A stretch of DNA of 64,000 bases. Source: a virus. The notes under the pieces are model-generated. The model made no database searches. It was given only the letters and a program-made list of their open reading frames with translations, and was not told the DNA's origin. Positions within the stretch are counted from its first letter, which is position 1. Each line of letters starts with the position of its first letter. The translations under genes and the position numbers were made by a program. The stretch lies in the IMG/VR virus record IMGVR_UViG_3300032331_002826, positions 1-64,000 of that record, one strand, 5' to 3'. Below are positions 29,350-40,214 of this stretch, piece after piece.

Positions 29350-30282
29350 CTATCGTGTAAGAAAAACTGTTCCAAGGGAACTCGTAAGAGATGAAGAATA
29401 AGCAACGGTAAACCCTATCGATGTGAATCGATCAATAACTGTTTGAACGTTAGTTCCGTTGTTATAATGAAATTCAAACAGAATAGTGTGGGTATCAGAA
29501 AAAAATTCATCTGACGTACTGGATAACACATCGTATTCTCCTCCTTCGATATCAATTTTGAAAAATGTAGGTTTCTTTAAATTGTTGACGTGTACAAACT
29601 TTTCCAAGTTAATTCCATCAACCTTATATTCTCCGGTGTCTTTTATAGAACCACCCACTGATCCGCCGCCTCCAAAAGACAGTTGTTTGAAATCGTTGAA
29701 CACTGCTTTTTCAAAACAGGTCACATTTTTACCATATCGATCACAGTTCTGTTTGAGATATTTAAAATTCTCTGGTTGTGGTTCAAATGCATATATAGCT
29801 TTCACGTCATAATTTGAACACATCAACGAAAACACGCCAACATTAGCACCCAAATCATACACAACATCTCCATCACGAACTTTAACGTTGTCTATGAACT
29901 CTTTTTCATAGAAAAGAGAATAATACGGATTGTACGTAATTTCAGCAATATTAGACTTTAAATCCAAATAGACTGATCTTTTGTTTTTGTGAAATGATTT
30001 TTCGTGTAAAAGAGTTTTGAATGTCTTATCGTACACTTCAATTTTAAATCCGGGATGATCCTTCTCTTTAAACACAAATACATTGAAATTATACGTCCAA
30101 TAATTGTGCTCTGATGCACAATCGTGATAACACACGTCTGTGGTCAAATTACAATCCAAACTCTTTATTACAACAATGAACTCTTTACGTTTTCCAAATT
30201 CGGACCCCACCTGAAAAGTGCCGTCCTCGTTGAAATGAAACTCGATTTTGCCAAACTCTCCGATATCAGTGGAATATAACAT
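29350..30282 (-). CDS. FkbM-family methyltransferase
   Basis: YDLGANVGVFS, YAFEP, FKIDIEGGE, FEFH. Confidence 0.9.
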   Translation of the reverse strand: MLYSTDIGEFGKIEFHFNEDGTFQVGSEFGKRKEFIVVIKSLDCNLTTDVCYHDCASEHNYWTYNFNVFVFKEKDHPGFKIEVYDKTFKTLLHEKSFHKNKRSVYLDLKSNIAEITYNPYYSLFYEKEFIDNVKVRDGDVVYDLGANVGVFSLMCSNYDVKAIYAFEPQPENFKYLKQNCDRYGKNVTCFEKAVFNDFKQLSFGGGGSVGGSIKDTGEYKVDGINLEKFVHVNNLKKPTFFKIDIEGGEYDVLSSTSDEFFSDTHTILFEFHYNNGTNVQTVIDRFTSIGFTVAYSSSLTSSLGTVFLTR

Positions 30283-30283
30283 A

Positions 30284-30787
30284 TTATGGTTGATACAATG
30301 CGCAAACTATTGCGTCATACATATCACCATTTCGTTCATCCCACCCACCTTTGGGTCGTTTTTTGTCGTATTTGGATACGTCAATATGAACACCAATGTT
30401 CATCTTCACATAATCCTTAGGCTTTATACCTTTAACACGACTCTTGCCAAACAATTGCTTTCGCATCGTATTGACATTGCAGAGATTTACTTTCAGTCCC
30501 GTTTCTTCTGAGATGATGTATTCAAACAAAGCATTGAATCGTGCAAGTTTGATAATCACTTGTTGACTGGTTCTACCACCAGCAAAACCACTCAAGGCAG
30601 CCTCTAGGTTGACCTCAGTGACGTGTTTTAGATGTGCAGTGGATCGAATATGATCCAGAACAAAAAGAGCCTTTTCCTTGTTGGTTTCTTTTTTTGAAAT
30701 ATCAAGAAAACCAGCATCAACGATTTTACCGTTGTCAGAAAAGGCCCAACCTACCGTAGACGTACTAGCGTCTAACCCTAATATCAT
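30284..30787 (-). CDS. RuvC-like Holliday junction resolvase
   Basis: ILGLDASTSTVGWA, conserved Glu, C-terminal DMYDA. Confidence 0.8.
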   Translation of the reverse strand: MILGLDASTSTVGWAFSDNGKIVDAGFLDISKKETNKEKALFVLDHIRSTAHLKHVTEVNLEAALSGFAGGRTSQQVIIKLARFNALFEYIISEETGLKVNLCNVNTMRKQLFGKSRVKGIKPKDYVKMNIGVHIDVSKYDKKRPKGGWDERNGDMYDAIVCALYQP

Positions 30788-30804
30788 AACTTATTATTTG
30801 ATTG

Positions 30805-31113
30805 TTACTTCTTGTACCTATTGTTGTTAAATCCATTCAAACCGATTGTTGCAGATCCACCGATTCTACCAGAGAGATTAGAATTACCCTTTTTTACGTC
30901 TTTGAAATCACTAATCGTGAGTTGGTTTTTTTTATCAAGAACGAATCCTGTCGCAGCATCATTTGCAAAGTTATCAACTGGATTGTTCTGTCCACCTTTA
31001 ACACCTGCTGCACGGGCATCATAGGCTCCACCAACGTTTTGTGTAGCATAACGTGTAGCCAAGTCCTTTGTTAAGGATTCACGGTCGATGATTTTGTCCC
31101 AAGGTTGTGTCAT
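30805..31113 (-). CDS. Hypothetical late protein
   Basis: 102-aa ORF with ATATTTATA motif at 31131. Confidence 0.6.
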   Translation of the reverse strand: MTQPWDKIIDRESLTKDLATRYATQNVGGAYDARAAGVKGGQNNPVDNFANDAATGFVLDKKNQLTISDFKDVKKGNSNLSGRIGGSATIGLNGFNNNRYKK

Positions 31114-31141
31114 ATGATTTTAGGTTTGATTATAAATATTG

Positions 31142-33493
31142 TCACACGTCCCATTTAATCAAAAAATTTAGAGGGTATTCACCGCTGTTCTTCACCGGAG
31201 ATGAAAGTTTAGCCACAGCAACCAAGTCTGTACCCGAATACAAACCAATTGTAGTAACATACGGTGCCAAATAAGATCCAGTCACATCAAGCGAGGAACT
31301 ATATCCATATTCAGAAAATACACTCTTTTGAGTAGGAACCCCATCAGTATTAGCATATTTGGATGTCAATGTAGTCAAATATGCAACGCCATCAGATAGT
31401 GTCTTTCTAGTAGAAAATGGATTGATTAATCTCTGATAACTATCTGTATCAAGCCCCGCCACAAAGTATTTCCAAAGTATTTTGGCATCATTGATCGTAA
31501 TTTTTCCATCGCCATCAAAATCGAATTTCGATTCAAGAGAACGTAGAACGGAGATATACTGTTGATACTCAACCTTCAAAGTGAATCTACCGTAATCATA
31601 TCTATTTTTGTAATACTCAAACAAACTTCTCTCAGTTTGAGTTTCAATTACATATTCGTCCCAAAAAGTATCGTCAGTAGCAAAGTTTGGACTTCCAGGT
31701 GTATTGATATCCACGATGTACAAAAGAATCAAATTGATGTCTCTGAATGTAAATTCTCCGCTTCCGTGTAAATCAAAGATAGGATCTACAAGATCCAATG
31801 CAGTATAGTTTGTACTTACATTGAACTCGCCAGGACTAACCGTACAGATTATTGATTTTTCATTTAACGTATAATATCCACGATAGTTCAAGTCATACTT
31901 GAACTCTTGAGTATCATTCGTTTTTAACATGTTAGTAAATTGAGATCCCGTGTTAGAAAACACAATCTCGCCATTTCTATAAAACACATTACCAGCGTGA
32001 TAATCAGTTCTAATAGAATCAAGTGAAGAAATGTATACGTGACCTTTTACGTTAACCAAATCTGATTGTTGAATAGGAAGAGTAAAAGTGTTACTAGAGG
32101 TTGCGTCAGTCAATATAAACGGCGCACCCATCAATATGGCTTTCTCACTAATAGCAACATCATATCCATATGTCAAATACGGATATCTATACTGTTTTTT
32201 CTTGTTGTCGTAAGTTACCGTATTAACTAAAGATCCGGATCTCTCAAAATACACGAATTGACCAAGGACCACGGGAAAATCATCATATGATTCATTCAAC
32301 GAAGACGAGATACTAGATGTAGTATATCCATAACTGGAAGAAATACATCCAGCAATAATCTTTCCGTCATATACACCAACCGAACACCCTAGTTGATTTC
32401 CTTTGATCGAATTTTCATCTCCAATATATTTTTCTTCGAGATCCCAATAGGATTCTGAAATATCGTTGTAAACACTAGAAGTTGTGTTTGTTGTAAATGT
32501 GTAATCAGATGGACAATCTGTTCTTCCGTAAATGTACACAGCACCCTTTGAATATTGTGTTGACGATCCAGAATATTCGTAGTACGAAGAATCAAGAGGA
32601 GCACCAATTACAATTGTCCGACCATCAATCGATATGCTTTTTCCAAATTGGTCGTAGGGATTTTTGACATAATTGTATGATTCAAACTGATCAAATGGTA
32701 CATTTTTTGAGCCTGTAATTGATGAAAATACATGCGTTTTGTTCCACCCACCAGATGAACTTTCATAGAGATATACATTTGGATTCTCCAAAGAAGAACT
32801 TTCTGCAATCAATATGTTATTCGTCCCAGAATGATCAATTTTTACTTGGGAACCAAAAAACTTACCAGCGGTATCTCCAAGAATATGTTGTACCAGAGAA
32901 TAAGAAAATACCGATCCAGTTGTATAACTGTAAATGTAAATTCCTCCCTCTTGAGATCCACCTTCCTCATTTGCACCTACTACAATGTACTTGTTATTAA
33001 CAGAAACCGATGTACCGAAAGAATTTTTTGACGTTGATATAGGAGAATTGATCTTGCGAACCGAATACATGGTCTGTCCTAGCGTGGATGACACAGAAGA
33101 GGTTTCATTCAGAACATACACATCTACAAGACTCTTGTGAGAATATGGATTTCCATCATAACTTCCTGAGAAAAATGGATCGCCGACAATGAAAATGTTG
33201 TTGTGTAAAGCAAATGACAAACCATATGAATCCGCAACCACCGTTGCACTGCTTCCCGCTGTTCCTGCCGTTCCATTTCCCGACGTTCCACTCGATCCAT
33301 TTGCTTTGATCGATTGTGATGTTCCGTAATAAGAATATGCTCCTTTAGACGCATCATAACGATACACATCAATACTACCAGATCCGTGTTGATTCTGATA
33401 TTGTCTATTTGGATTACCTACCGCAGCAAACTTTCCGTGAGCTTCTACCTTGTACCCAAATAGTGTATTTGATCCTATAGTTCCTGTGGGCAT
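31142..33493 (-). CDS. Baseplate/tail protein with FG-GAP-like propeller repeats, dockerin/EF-hand-like pair and tail-collar-like C-terminus
   Basis: FGTSVSV...IVVGA and FGKSISI...IVIGAP repeats; DLHGSGEFTFRD and DFDGDGKITIND; YVTTIGLY...LVAVAKL. Confidence 0.65.
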   Translation of the reverse strand: MPTGTIGSNTLFGYKVEAHGKFAAVGNPNRQYQNQHGSGSIDVYRYDASKGAYSYYGTSQSIKANGSSGTSGNGTAGTAGSSATVVADSYGLSFALHNNIFIVGDPFFSGSYDGNPYSHKSLVDVYVLNETSSVSSTLGQTMYSVRKINSPISTSKNSFGTSVSVNNKYIVVGANEEGGSQEGGIYIYSYTTGSVFSYSLVQHILGDTAGKFFGSQVKIDHSGTNNILIAESSSLENPNVYLYESSSGGWNKTHVFSSITGSKNVPFDQFESYNYVKNPYDQFGKSISIDGRTIVIGAPLDSSYYEYSGSSTQYSKGAVYIYGRTDCPSDYTFTTNTTSSVYNDISESYWDLEEKYIGDENSIKGNQLGCSVGVYDGKIIAGCISSSYGYTTSSISSSLNESYDDFPVVLGQFVYFERSGSLVNTVTYDNKKKQYRYPYLTYGYDVAISEKAILMGAPFILTDATSSNTFTLPIQQSDLVNVKGHVYISSLDSIRTDYHAGNVFYRNGEIVFSNTGSQFTNMLKTNDTQEFKYDLNYRGYYTLNEKSIICTVSPGEFNVSTNYTALDLVDPIFDLHGSGEFTFRDINLILLYIVDINTPGSPNFATDDTFWDEYVIETQTERSLFEYYKNRYDYGRFTLKVEYQQYISVLRSLESKFDFDGDGKITINDAKILWKYFVAGLDTDSYQRLINPFSTRKTLSDGVAYLTTLTSKYANTDGVPTQKSVFSEYGYSSSLDVTGSYLAPYVTTIGLYSGTDLVAVAKLSSPVKNSGEYPLNFLIKWDV

Positions 33494-33496
33494 AGT

Positions 33497-33985
33497 TTAT
33501 AACGATGAAGTAATTTCTGTGTAGTTTATGAAATGGGTTCCTTCAACTTGAAGGTTTCCATATGCATCATCAACAATGGTATAAGGTTTGTCTTTGGAGA
33601 AGTCGTCGATTTGAACAGAATCAGGTTGAATCTTTTCTCCAAAATATGTTCTTGGAACTATGATTCTTACAAGCGACGGTTGCAAAATCTTGATAACCTT
33701 ATCAATATCAAGTGTTTCCAAACCAAATGCTTTAACCACGTCATTTACATAATATGCGTTCTTTACGACGTTATATACAAGTCGTTTGTATGAACCATCA
33801 GCGTTTTGTGGTTCAACTGGAAACCCATAGGTATAACTCGACGCAGAATCGTAAAAGTTGAAACTGCTGCTTACAAAATAGCCCTCTTCAACCGTTTGAA
33901 CCGATGAACTTGAACTTAATGTCCAAGATTTATTTGATAGAAACGGTGTGTTGAAGATCTCATCCGATTGGATAGGCTTGATCAT
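33497..33985 (-). CDS. Baseplate-module protein
   Basis: FGEKIQPDS...IVDDAYGNL motif; tightly packed in the structural operon. Confidence 0.55.
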   Translation of the reverse strand: MIKPIQSDEIFNTPFLSNKSWTLSSSSSVQTVEEGYFVSSSFNFYDSASSYTYGFPVEPQNADGSYKRLVYNVVKNAYYVNDVVKAFGLETLDIDKVIKILQPSLVRIIVPRTYFGEKIQPDSVQIDDFSKDKPYTIVDDAYGNLQVEGTHFINYTEITSSL

Positions 33986-33989
33986 TGAA

Positions 33990-35276
33990 TTAGAAGTCTA
34001 GTCGTACTTTGACCAACAATTCGTTAGTGAAGGTCTTTTGTGCCGGATTGCTCAATTTGGCCACAGCAACCAACTCATTGTTGCTGTTGTAAAGTCCGAC
34101 ACTGGTTGGATACACCTTAGGTTCCGTCAAAAAGTCAGTCTGAATGATATCACCTTTTTGATGGAAATTTCCACTTGTATCGGTTGTAGCCGTCTGATAT
34201 GAGAATGTAGGATTGTTTGTATAATTAAACTCTCTGTTTTTTACACGTACAAAATAGTGACGAGATGGAACATATTCAGATCTGCGAATTCTCAACTTTT
34301 CTCCAGCAACACAGTCAGTAGAAATTAGCATTTGGTATACCGCTGTTTTTATATTATTATTTTTATTGATTAAAGCGTCGGCGGTAGGATCATATGCTCT
34401 ATAATTTCCGGAACCGGCACCTACTGCATCTGATAGTATGGGAATCGCAATCCCTACAGGCCCACTATTAGAAATCACACTCAAAAAATCAACATTGAAT
34501 ATAACCACACCCGATTTTGGATAAAATAGTCCGATTCCGCCAGAGTAAGATCCTACTGCCGGATAATACTGAGCTTGAGACGATGTTCCTACGTAGTGTT
34601 GTGCAGATGTCAATCCGCCGTTCGTTGTTCCCGGACCGGATGCACTTGAAGACCAATATGTAGCTGTTCCATTTGAATCATATTCACCCAATACCAAATT
34701 GTATACATCAGATGATCCGCTTTGTGGAGTCAAGGTGGAATCATCAATGATTCTCCAAAGTTTAGGTGTACCTCCGGATCCACTAGTTTGAAGAGTCAAC
34801 TGAAATTGACCCGCGTCAAGAGTATCTTTGGTTTTTTGCGAATTGAAAGATAGGGCAACAAAATCTGTACTCAGCGATACAGAAGATACAGTTCCATTTA
34901 CAGAAGATTGAGATTTAACCGAAAAAGACTGTCCTCCGTTCAATTCGTTTACATACTGTCTCCAAACTGCCTGAGTAGGATGAACTTGAACATTTGTATA
35001 TTCATCTGCACTGGTACCATATCCATTTACGTTTCCATATGCGATGCTGAAAATTTGATCAGCGGAAGTAGTGTCGGCTGAATCTGGAAACACATCCAAA
35101 TAGTAATATCCATTATAGATGTCGAATCTATTTGATCCTGATATTGTCTCTTGGGTACTGCTAGATACAAACGAACTTTGCAACGTAGTCAATGCGCCGT
35201 CAGCAAAGAATCCGGTAGATACCTTTGTTGCTCTTCCCGATACAATGTCGGCCTGTTCAAATGCTTTGTAAATCAT
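33990..35276 (-). CDS. Baseplate/tail-fibre anchoring protein
   Basis: YFVRVKNREFNYTNNPT; C-terminal VGLYNSNNELVAVAKLSNP shared with 31142..33493. Confidence 0.6.
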   Translation of the reverse strand: MIYKAFEQADIVSGRATKVSTGFFADGALTTLQSSFVSSSTQETISGSNRFDIYNGYYYLDVFPDSADTTSADQIFSIAYGNVNGYGTSADEYTNVQVHPTQAVWRQYVNELNGGQSFSVKSQSSVNGTVSSVSLSTDFVALSFNSQKTKDTLDAGQFQLTLQTSGSGGTPKLWRIIDDSTLTPQSGSSDVYNLVLGEYDSNGTATYWSSSASGPGTTNGGLTSAQHYVGTSSQAQYYPAVGSYSGGIGLFYPKSGVVIFNVDFLSVISNSGPVGIAIPILSDAVGAGSGNYRAYDPTADALINKNNNIKTAVYQMLISTDCVAGEKLRIRRSEYVPSRHYFVRVKNREFNYTNNPTFSYQTATTDTSGNFHQKGDIIQTDFLTEPKVYPTSVGLYNSNNELVAVAKLSNPAQKTFTNELLVKVRLDF

Positions 35277-35280
35277 ACGT

Positions 35281-35913
35281 TTAAGAAATTCTTACTGTGA
35301 TTGGGATAGTGATAGATCCGCCGCTTTCATTTCCTACAATTGTCAATGAAGTAGAAGTTGTCACAGTTAGTGATGCGTTTGGAACAAATCTGAATCTATT
35401 TACTACAACCACCTGTGAAGTGGTAGAAATCAAATCTCCTGCAAATGATGGAACTGTGCTGTTAGAGCTGTTCACTGCATTTGCCTGATCAACAATCAAA
35501 GTTCCAACCTTTTTGTTACCCAAAATAGCGGTATATCCAAGAGTTAGATTGTAAGCTGGATTTGTGGTTGGAGAAATAATGAAATCTGACTTGTTGTCTT
35601 TTTGAGTGTCAATAGAAGACAACGAAAGACTAATGACAGGAATAGAAGTGATTCCTTGAGCCAAGGTAATCAATTTGTATTTCAATGACTGTGTTTCATC
35701 GGAGAGAGGTTGAAACACCGGAGTATTACGAATGGAGATATCGTAATATGCACTTCCCTGTGGGTGGTTTGGATTGTAAAGTGAGTAATCCACCTCGTCG
35801 TCTGCCAACGCAAATGAAGTGATATTCAAGTTCCCCGTTTGAGCGAGAAGTTCACGACCTCTCTTTGTCAGAACCGCGTCAACGGTAATAGTCTTGTTGT
35901 CAATATATGCCAT
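35281..35913 (-). CDS. Baseplate wedge / tail-collar-like protein
   Basis: AVLTKRGRELLA...ITSFALADDEVDY resembles the N-terminus of tail-collar domains. Confidence 0.6.
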   Translation of the reverse strand: MAYIDNKTITVDAVLTKRGRELLAQTGNLNITSFALADDEVDYSLYNPNHPQGSAYYDISIRNTPVFQPLSDETQSLKYKLITLAQGITSIPVISLSLSSIDTQKDNKSDFIISPTTNPAYNLTLGYTAILGNKKVGTLIVDQANAVNSSNSTVPSFAGDLISTTSQVVVVNRFRFVPNASLTVTTSTSLTIVGNESGGSITIPITVRIS

Positions 35914-35963
35914 AAGTCTTGTCTATAAGTATTGGTTTAGAACTCTTTTTTCTTTATTTTTTG

Positions 35964-38900
35964 TTAACGTACCGTCAAAACACCATTGTTGTTTGTAACG
36001 ATAGAAGTGTTGGTCACAATAGTGCTTACAATCGGACTTGTTTTATCTGGATCTCCACAGTGATCCACCGTGTAATCGCTGGTCTGACCATTTCTCTTGA
36101 ACACACCATAATGAGTGCCGTCTCCCGACAAAATTTTCACCGAATCAGATGTAAATACATTGTTTCTATGACCCAAATAGTTTTTTGTACAGCCAGGGTT
36201 AGGCGTTCCAATAGAAGCGTATGTTGAATATGCACTTATTGGCGTAGCAATGATCTTTTGAAAAGTTTTATAGTAATGATGAACTTGATCGTCAACATCA
36301 TATGATTCAACCGATGCGCTATATGGTATGCTCCAAATATAGTATGGAAGTGAACGTGTATTGTTGATATAATTTTGCGATGGATCAGTTACTTTAAAAT
36401 CCAAATATGTAATGTACAATCCAGAGCCATTGTTTTCTCCACACAAAATCAACTCTTGATCGGTACTAACATCTGAAATGTAATTTCCACCAAAATTGTT
36501 GTTTAGACCAATTGTGTCAGAATATGGGTTTGCCTGAATTCCAGGTTTATCCACAAACTTGTCAAGGGTTCCTACGACATCAGGATTGTAATACTGATCA
36601 TTACGCCAAATGGATATGTTCTCTGCGTCGTTGGTATTTACTATATCAGAATAAGTGACATCGGTTTCTACCAATTCCATATTGATTGGTTTCAACGGAA
36701 ACTTGGTTCTCTCCAAAATCGTTGGTTCAATCAAAATACCTGTCAACAATTTGTTTCTGGCAGCAATAACATTTCGGATAGATTCGAAAATGCTAGAATC
36801 AAAATAGACTTTGTATATCGTTGTAAACTCTTGATAAAGCAATCGTCCTGTACTTGGAGGATCTCCTGCTTCATAGTATGTACTTCTATACAAATCAAGT
36901 GGAGAATAACTTTGAGAAAATTCTAGTCTTGGATCTCCCAATTCGTTGATGATTGTCTTATCACCAAAAAATTGAAGTATGTCTGCATTTTTGCTAGACA
37001 CGGGCGATGCAAACACACCTACCAAATTGGAATCCACGTTTTTATTGTATGGTGTGGATTTTTGAAATGGAGTTATAGATGTAACATCAGATTTTTCTTT
37101 TACTGAAATCTTGTTGTTCCACAATAGATTTGGCCCGTAGTTAGAAATTCTGTACGCTTGATTTACCGTGTATTCCAAGAAATTGTATGGGAACTGTGAA
37201 GGAACTTCTCCCAAACAAAGACTTGAATATGGATACAACGAACTTGTATCATAGGTTCCACCATATGTTTTACGAGCCTCTATTGTATCTTGATAAAGGT
37301 AAGGATTATCCGTGACTGCATTATTCGTTATACTAGAATCGGTTGACACCGATTGTATATTGTACAAATGTGCAGTTCCGCTCGAGCCGTATGTGAACGA
37401 TTCATCGACGGTGTTCAGTGGTCTTGGATAATCATATGCCAATCGGAAGAACAAATTGTTTCTTATGTTGGCGTAGTCATCTTGATAATATGAATCAAAA
37501 TTGTTAGTATGTTCGACGAAATTATCATCGGACAATGGAATTGTCCATACATTGATTTTGTCAATTGATCCACTAAACTGATTTGATCCGAACTTCAAAT
37601 AAGAGTCTACATCATCGGCAAAAAGATCATTCTGATCCGAACCGAACAATCCAGATGTTTTAGAATGTAGACGTGATTGTCCTTCCTCAGTAATATCAAC
37701 TAGAAGATCGTATTGAGTTGGAACTAGGTTTTCGTCAATGTTTGATGTGTATAGTGAAGATGGAGTATTTTTTCTGATCATCACGCTGTACACACTACCG
37801 TCAAACAAAGGCAACATTTTCGATGAGATGTACTGATCTCCTATTTGGAAAATGATTTTACCGTTGTTGTTTAACGACTGTTTATACGCGTAAACTCGAT
37901 AATCCAAACTTGACGTATGTGAATATTTCTCAAGCAGATTGATCTCAGCTTGGAGATTATACGATTTGCTGTATAGGTTACTAAACGCAATTTTGAACTC
38001 TACTGTATTAACTGACGATGTGTATGGCATCGTGATATATGAACTTTGATTCATACTCAATAGATGCAATGTTTTATCGAAGGTGTAGAGAGATTGAGAC
38101 ACATCAGAGTAAGATCCAAACTCTCTTACAGTCAAAATGTTTTCTGGTACACCGTAACATGAAAGAATTAGCTTGACCGATTCAATTGTTCCTTTTGATT
38201 TCAATATCGCAGGAAGCGTATTCAAAATACGATTATTGATTATGTTAGCTTTATCTGATATTGACGATACGGCGGTGGAGTTAATGTAGTTAGCAGACAA
38301 TGTTGTATCATTAACCAAAGACTGCATGTTCCAACCAAACGATGACAACATACCATCAAGAATGTTGTTTGGAATAAGTTTTTCCAATCCACCCGAATTG
38401 TAAGTCAATAGAGGGAACTTATCAATGTACACATAAATGTTGTCGAAATGATGTCCAATCATTGACAAAAAAATCAAAAACTCGTCGTTAGCTGAATCAA
38501 CAAGAATATATTCAGGCAAATTGTTGATCAAACTGTCTCTGTTGTTTGAATCGTATTCCCCCGCTTCATCTTCATATGATTTTGGAAATATTTCGAGGTT
38601 ATTGTAAAAGTCATTGGTGTACAAGTAATACTCATATCCATCAAATGACAACAAGATATCATTAATTTCAGATTGAAGACTATTGGATTTACTAACCGTG
38701 TATACGTCTGAGTATGACACGGAATCTATTTGAGCTTTTGCTGCAAGCTTAGAATTCAAGGAATTAAGCTTGTTCTTGTAAATTGTAATACGCGTCTTTG
38801 CAGATGAGTACACAACAAAATTTTCAAACTTAGTATAATCAACATTGATTGTTGAAAATCTCTTTTTCAATACCACATCGACACTTGATGAATCATCGAT

Positions 38901-40211
38901 ATCACTTGTGTCGTTTAGATTAACAGTAGAAGATGTTCTTTTATCATTAACCTTAAGATTGAAATTTGCGTTTTTGATGTTGAACGTATTGTATGTAGGC
39001 AACGACTCCAATACGACATCCTGTACCACCGGCGCAAGTGATGTATTTGTTATCCAAAATGTGTTATTTACACCAAATGTGTTTGGTAACTGATTTTGAA
39101 GTTTGATAACCAAACTTCCATCGGAAAATTTCTTACTTGATAGGATCTTGAAAAATGTATTGTCGCCAAAATTGATCGAATTTTTCAACGGACCAACGTA
39201 TTTGGTGGAGTAATCATAATTCACCGCATTCAGGTATCCCTGAATTTGACTGTTGAAAACACTGAACAAATACGTGTTGCAAACTTCGCTGTCGGTGTTT
39301 TGAATGTCGTGAATAGACTTCAATCGAAGATTAATGGTCTCCGATACAATTGACTCCAATATTTTAGAATATTCTTCGTAGCTAAAACAATTATTGTAGT
39401 TTTCATACAACATCAACATGATGTGTGATGAAATACCAATGAAAGTTTGGTTTTTAGAAACACCATTTTCAGAACTTGCAACCAATTGATATCCATTAAA
39501 AATACCATTGAAAAGTTCATACAAAGCATCAGATCCCGTAACAGAATATCCTTTGCTGAACGACTGTTTTACGTTATCCGGAATGACGTTTACAAAATTA
39601 AGGATGTACGTTTGTTTTAGATATGACTCGAAATCTGGCAGAATATCTCTAGACTCAATTTTTCCACTGACAAAGCAATCAAACTCACTTTGAAGGTTTG
39701 CTTTATCTACATTGGTGAAATTCTCTTTATCAAGCAATAGCGTTGCTTTTATTTCTCTTCTCGATGGTGATACTTGTTTAATGAGAAAGCATTGCTTGTC
39801 ATATGATCCAACAATGTTGGATTGGAAATTGTACACCAATCTATAACTTCCGCCGGATAGACCTAAATTTTGAAGGTCCGTTTTTGGATCCAACAAAATC
39901 TTACTGTTTTCATACAACGTGAAACTAGGAACAAATTCACGATACGTAACCGTGTTCGTATTATTTTTAGAGTCCTGATATTGAACTTGACGATCTTTAT
40001 ATGTTGGTAGTTGTACAATTGGAACCCACTTGTTCAAATTGTCTTGACTGTCAAATATGGATAATTCAATGTAGTCGTCTTCCTGCGATCCAAAAAACTT
40101 CTCGGACGAAACCGGAGTCTTCTTCATCAACGATGAAATATCCGTTGGAAGATACGAAGCATAATTAACACGGTTCGTGTAATTTGTTACCGTTGGAAAT
40201 GGAATTGCCAT
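35964..40211 (-). CDS. Large baseplate wedge protein (gp7-like)
   Basis: 1415 aa; MIGHHFDNIY and LKSKGTIESV...YGVP motifs typical of wedge proteins. Confidence 0.6.
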   Translation of the reverse strand: MAIPFPTVTNYTNRVNYASYLPTDISSLMKKTPVSSEKFFGSQEDDYIELSIFDSQDNLNKWVPIVQLPTYKDRQVQYQDSKNNTNTVTYREFVPSFTLYENSKILLDPKTDLQNLGLSGGSYRLVYNFQSNIVGSYDKQCFLIKQVSPSRREIKATLLLDKENFTNVDKANLQSEFDCFVSGKIESRDILPDFESYLKQTYILNFVNVIPDNVKQSFSKGYSVTGSDALYELFNGIFNGYQLVASSENGVSKNQTFIGISSHIMLMLYENYNNCFSYEEYSKILESIVSETINLRLKSIHDIQNTDSEVCNTYLFSVFNSQIQGYLNAVNYDYSTKYVGPLKNSINFGDNTFFKILSSKKFSDGSLVIKLQNQLPNTFGVNNTFWITNTSLAPVVQDVVLESLPTYNTFNIKNANFNLKVNDKRTSSTVNLNDTSDIDDSSSVDVVLKKRFSTINVDYTKFENFVVYSSAKTRITIYKNKLNSLNSKLAAKAQIDSVSYSDVYTVSKSNSLQSEINDILLSFDGYEYYLYTNDFYNNLEIFPKSYEDEAGEYDSNNRDSLINNLPEYILVDSANDEFLIFLSMIGHHFDNIYVYIDKFPLLTYNSGGLEKLIPNNILDGMLSSFGWNMQSLVNDTTLSANYINSTAVSSISDKANIINNRILNTLPAILKSKGTIESVKLILSCYGVPENILTVREFGSYSDVSQSLYTFDKTLHLLSMNQSSYITMPYTSSVNTVEFKIAFSNLYSKSYNLQAEINLLEKYSHTSSLDYRVYAYKQSLNNNGKIIFQIGDQYISSKMLPLFDGSVYSVMIRKNTPSSLYTSNIDENLVPTQYDLLVDITEEGQSRLHSKTSGLFGSDQNDLFADDVDSYLKFGSNQFSGSIDKINVWTIPLSDDNFVEHTNNFDSYYQDDYANIRNNLFFRLAYDYPRPLNTVDESFTYGSSGTAHLYNIQSVSTDSSITNNAVTDNPYLYQDTIEARKTYGGTYDTSSLYPYSSLCLGEVPSQFPYNFLEYTVNQAYRISNYGPNLLWNNKISVKEKSDVTSITPFQKSTPYNKNVDSNLVGVFASPVSSKNADILQFFGDKTIINELGDPRLEFSQSYSPLDLYRSTYYEAGDPPSTGRLLYQEFTTIYKVYFDSSIFESIRNVIAARNKLLTGILIEPTILERTKFPLKPINMELVETDVTYSDIVNTNDAENISIWRNDQYYNPDVVGTLDKFVDKPGIQANPYSDTIGLNNNFGGNYISDVSTDQELILCGENNGSGLYITYLDFKVTDPSQNYINNTRSLPYYIWSIPYSASVESYDVDDQVHHYYKTFQKIIATPISAYSTYASIGTPNPGCTKNYLGHRNNVFTSDSVKILSGDGTHYGVFKRNGQTSDYTVDHCGDPDKTSPIVSTIVTNTSIVTNNNGVLTVR

Positions 40212-40214
40212 ATG

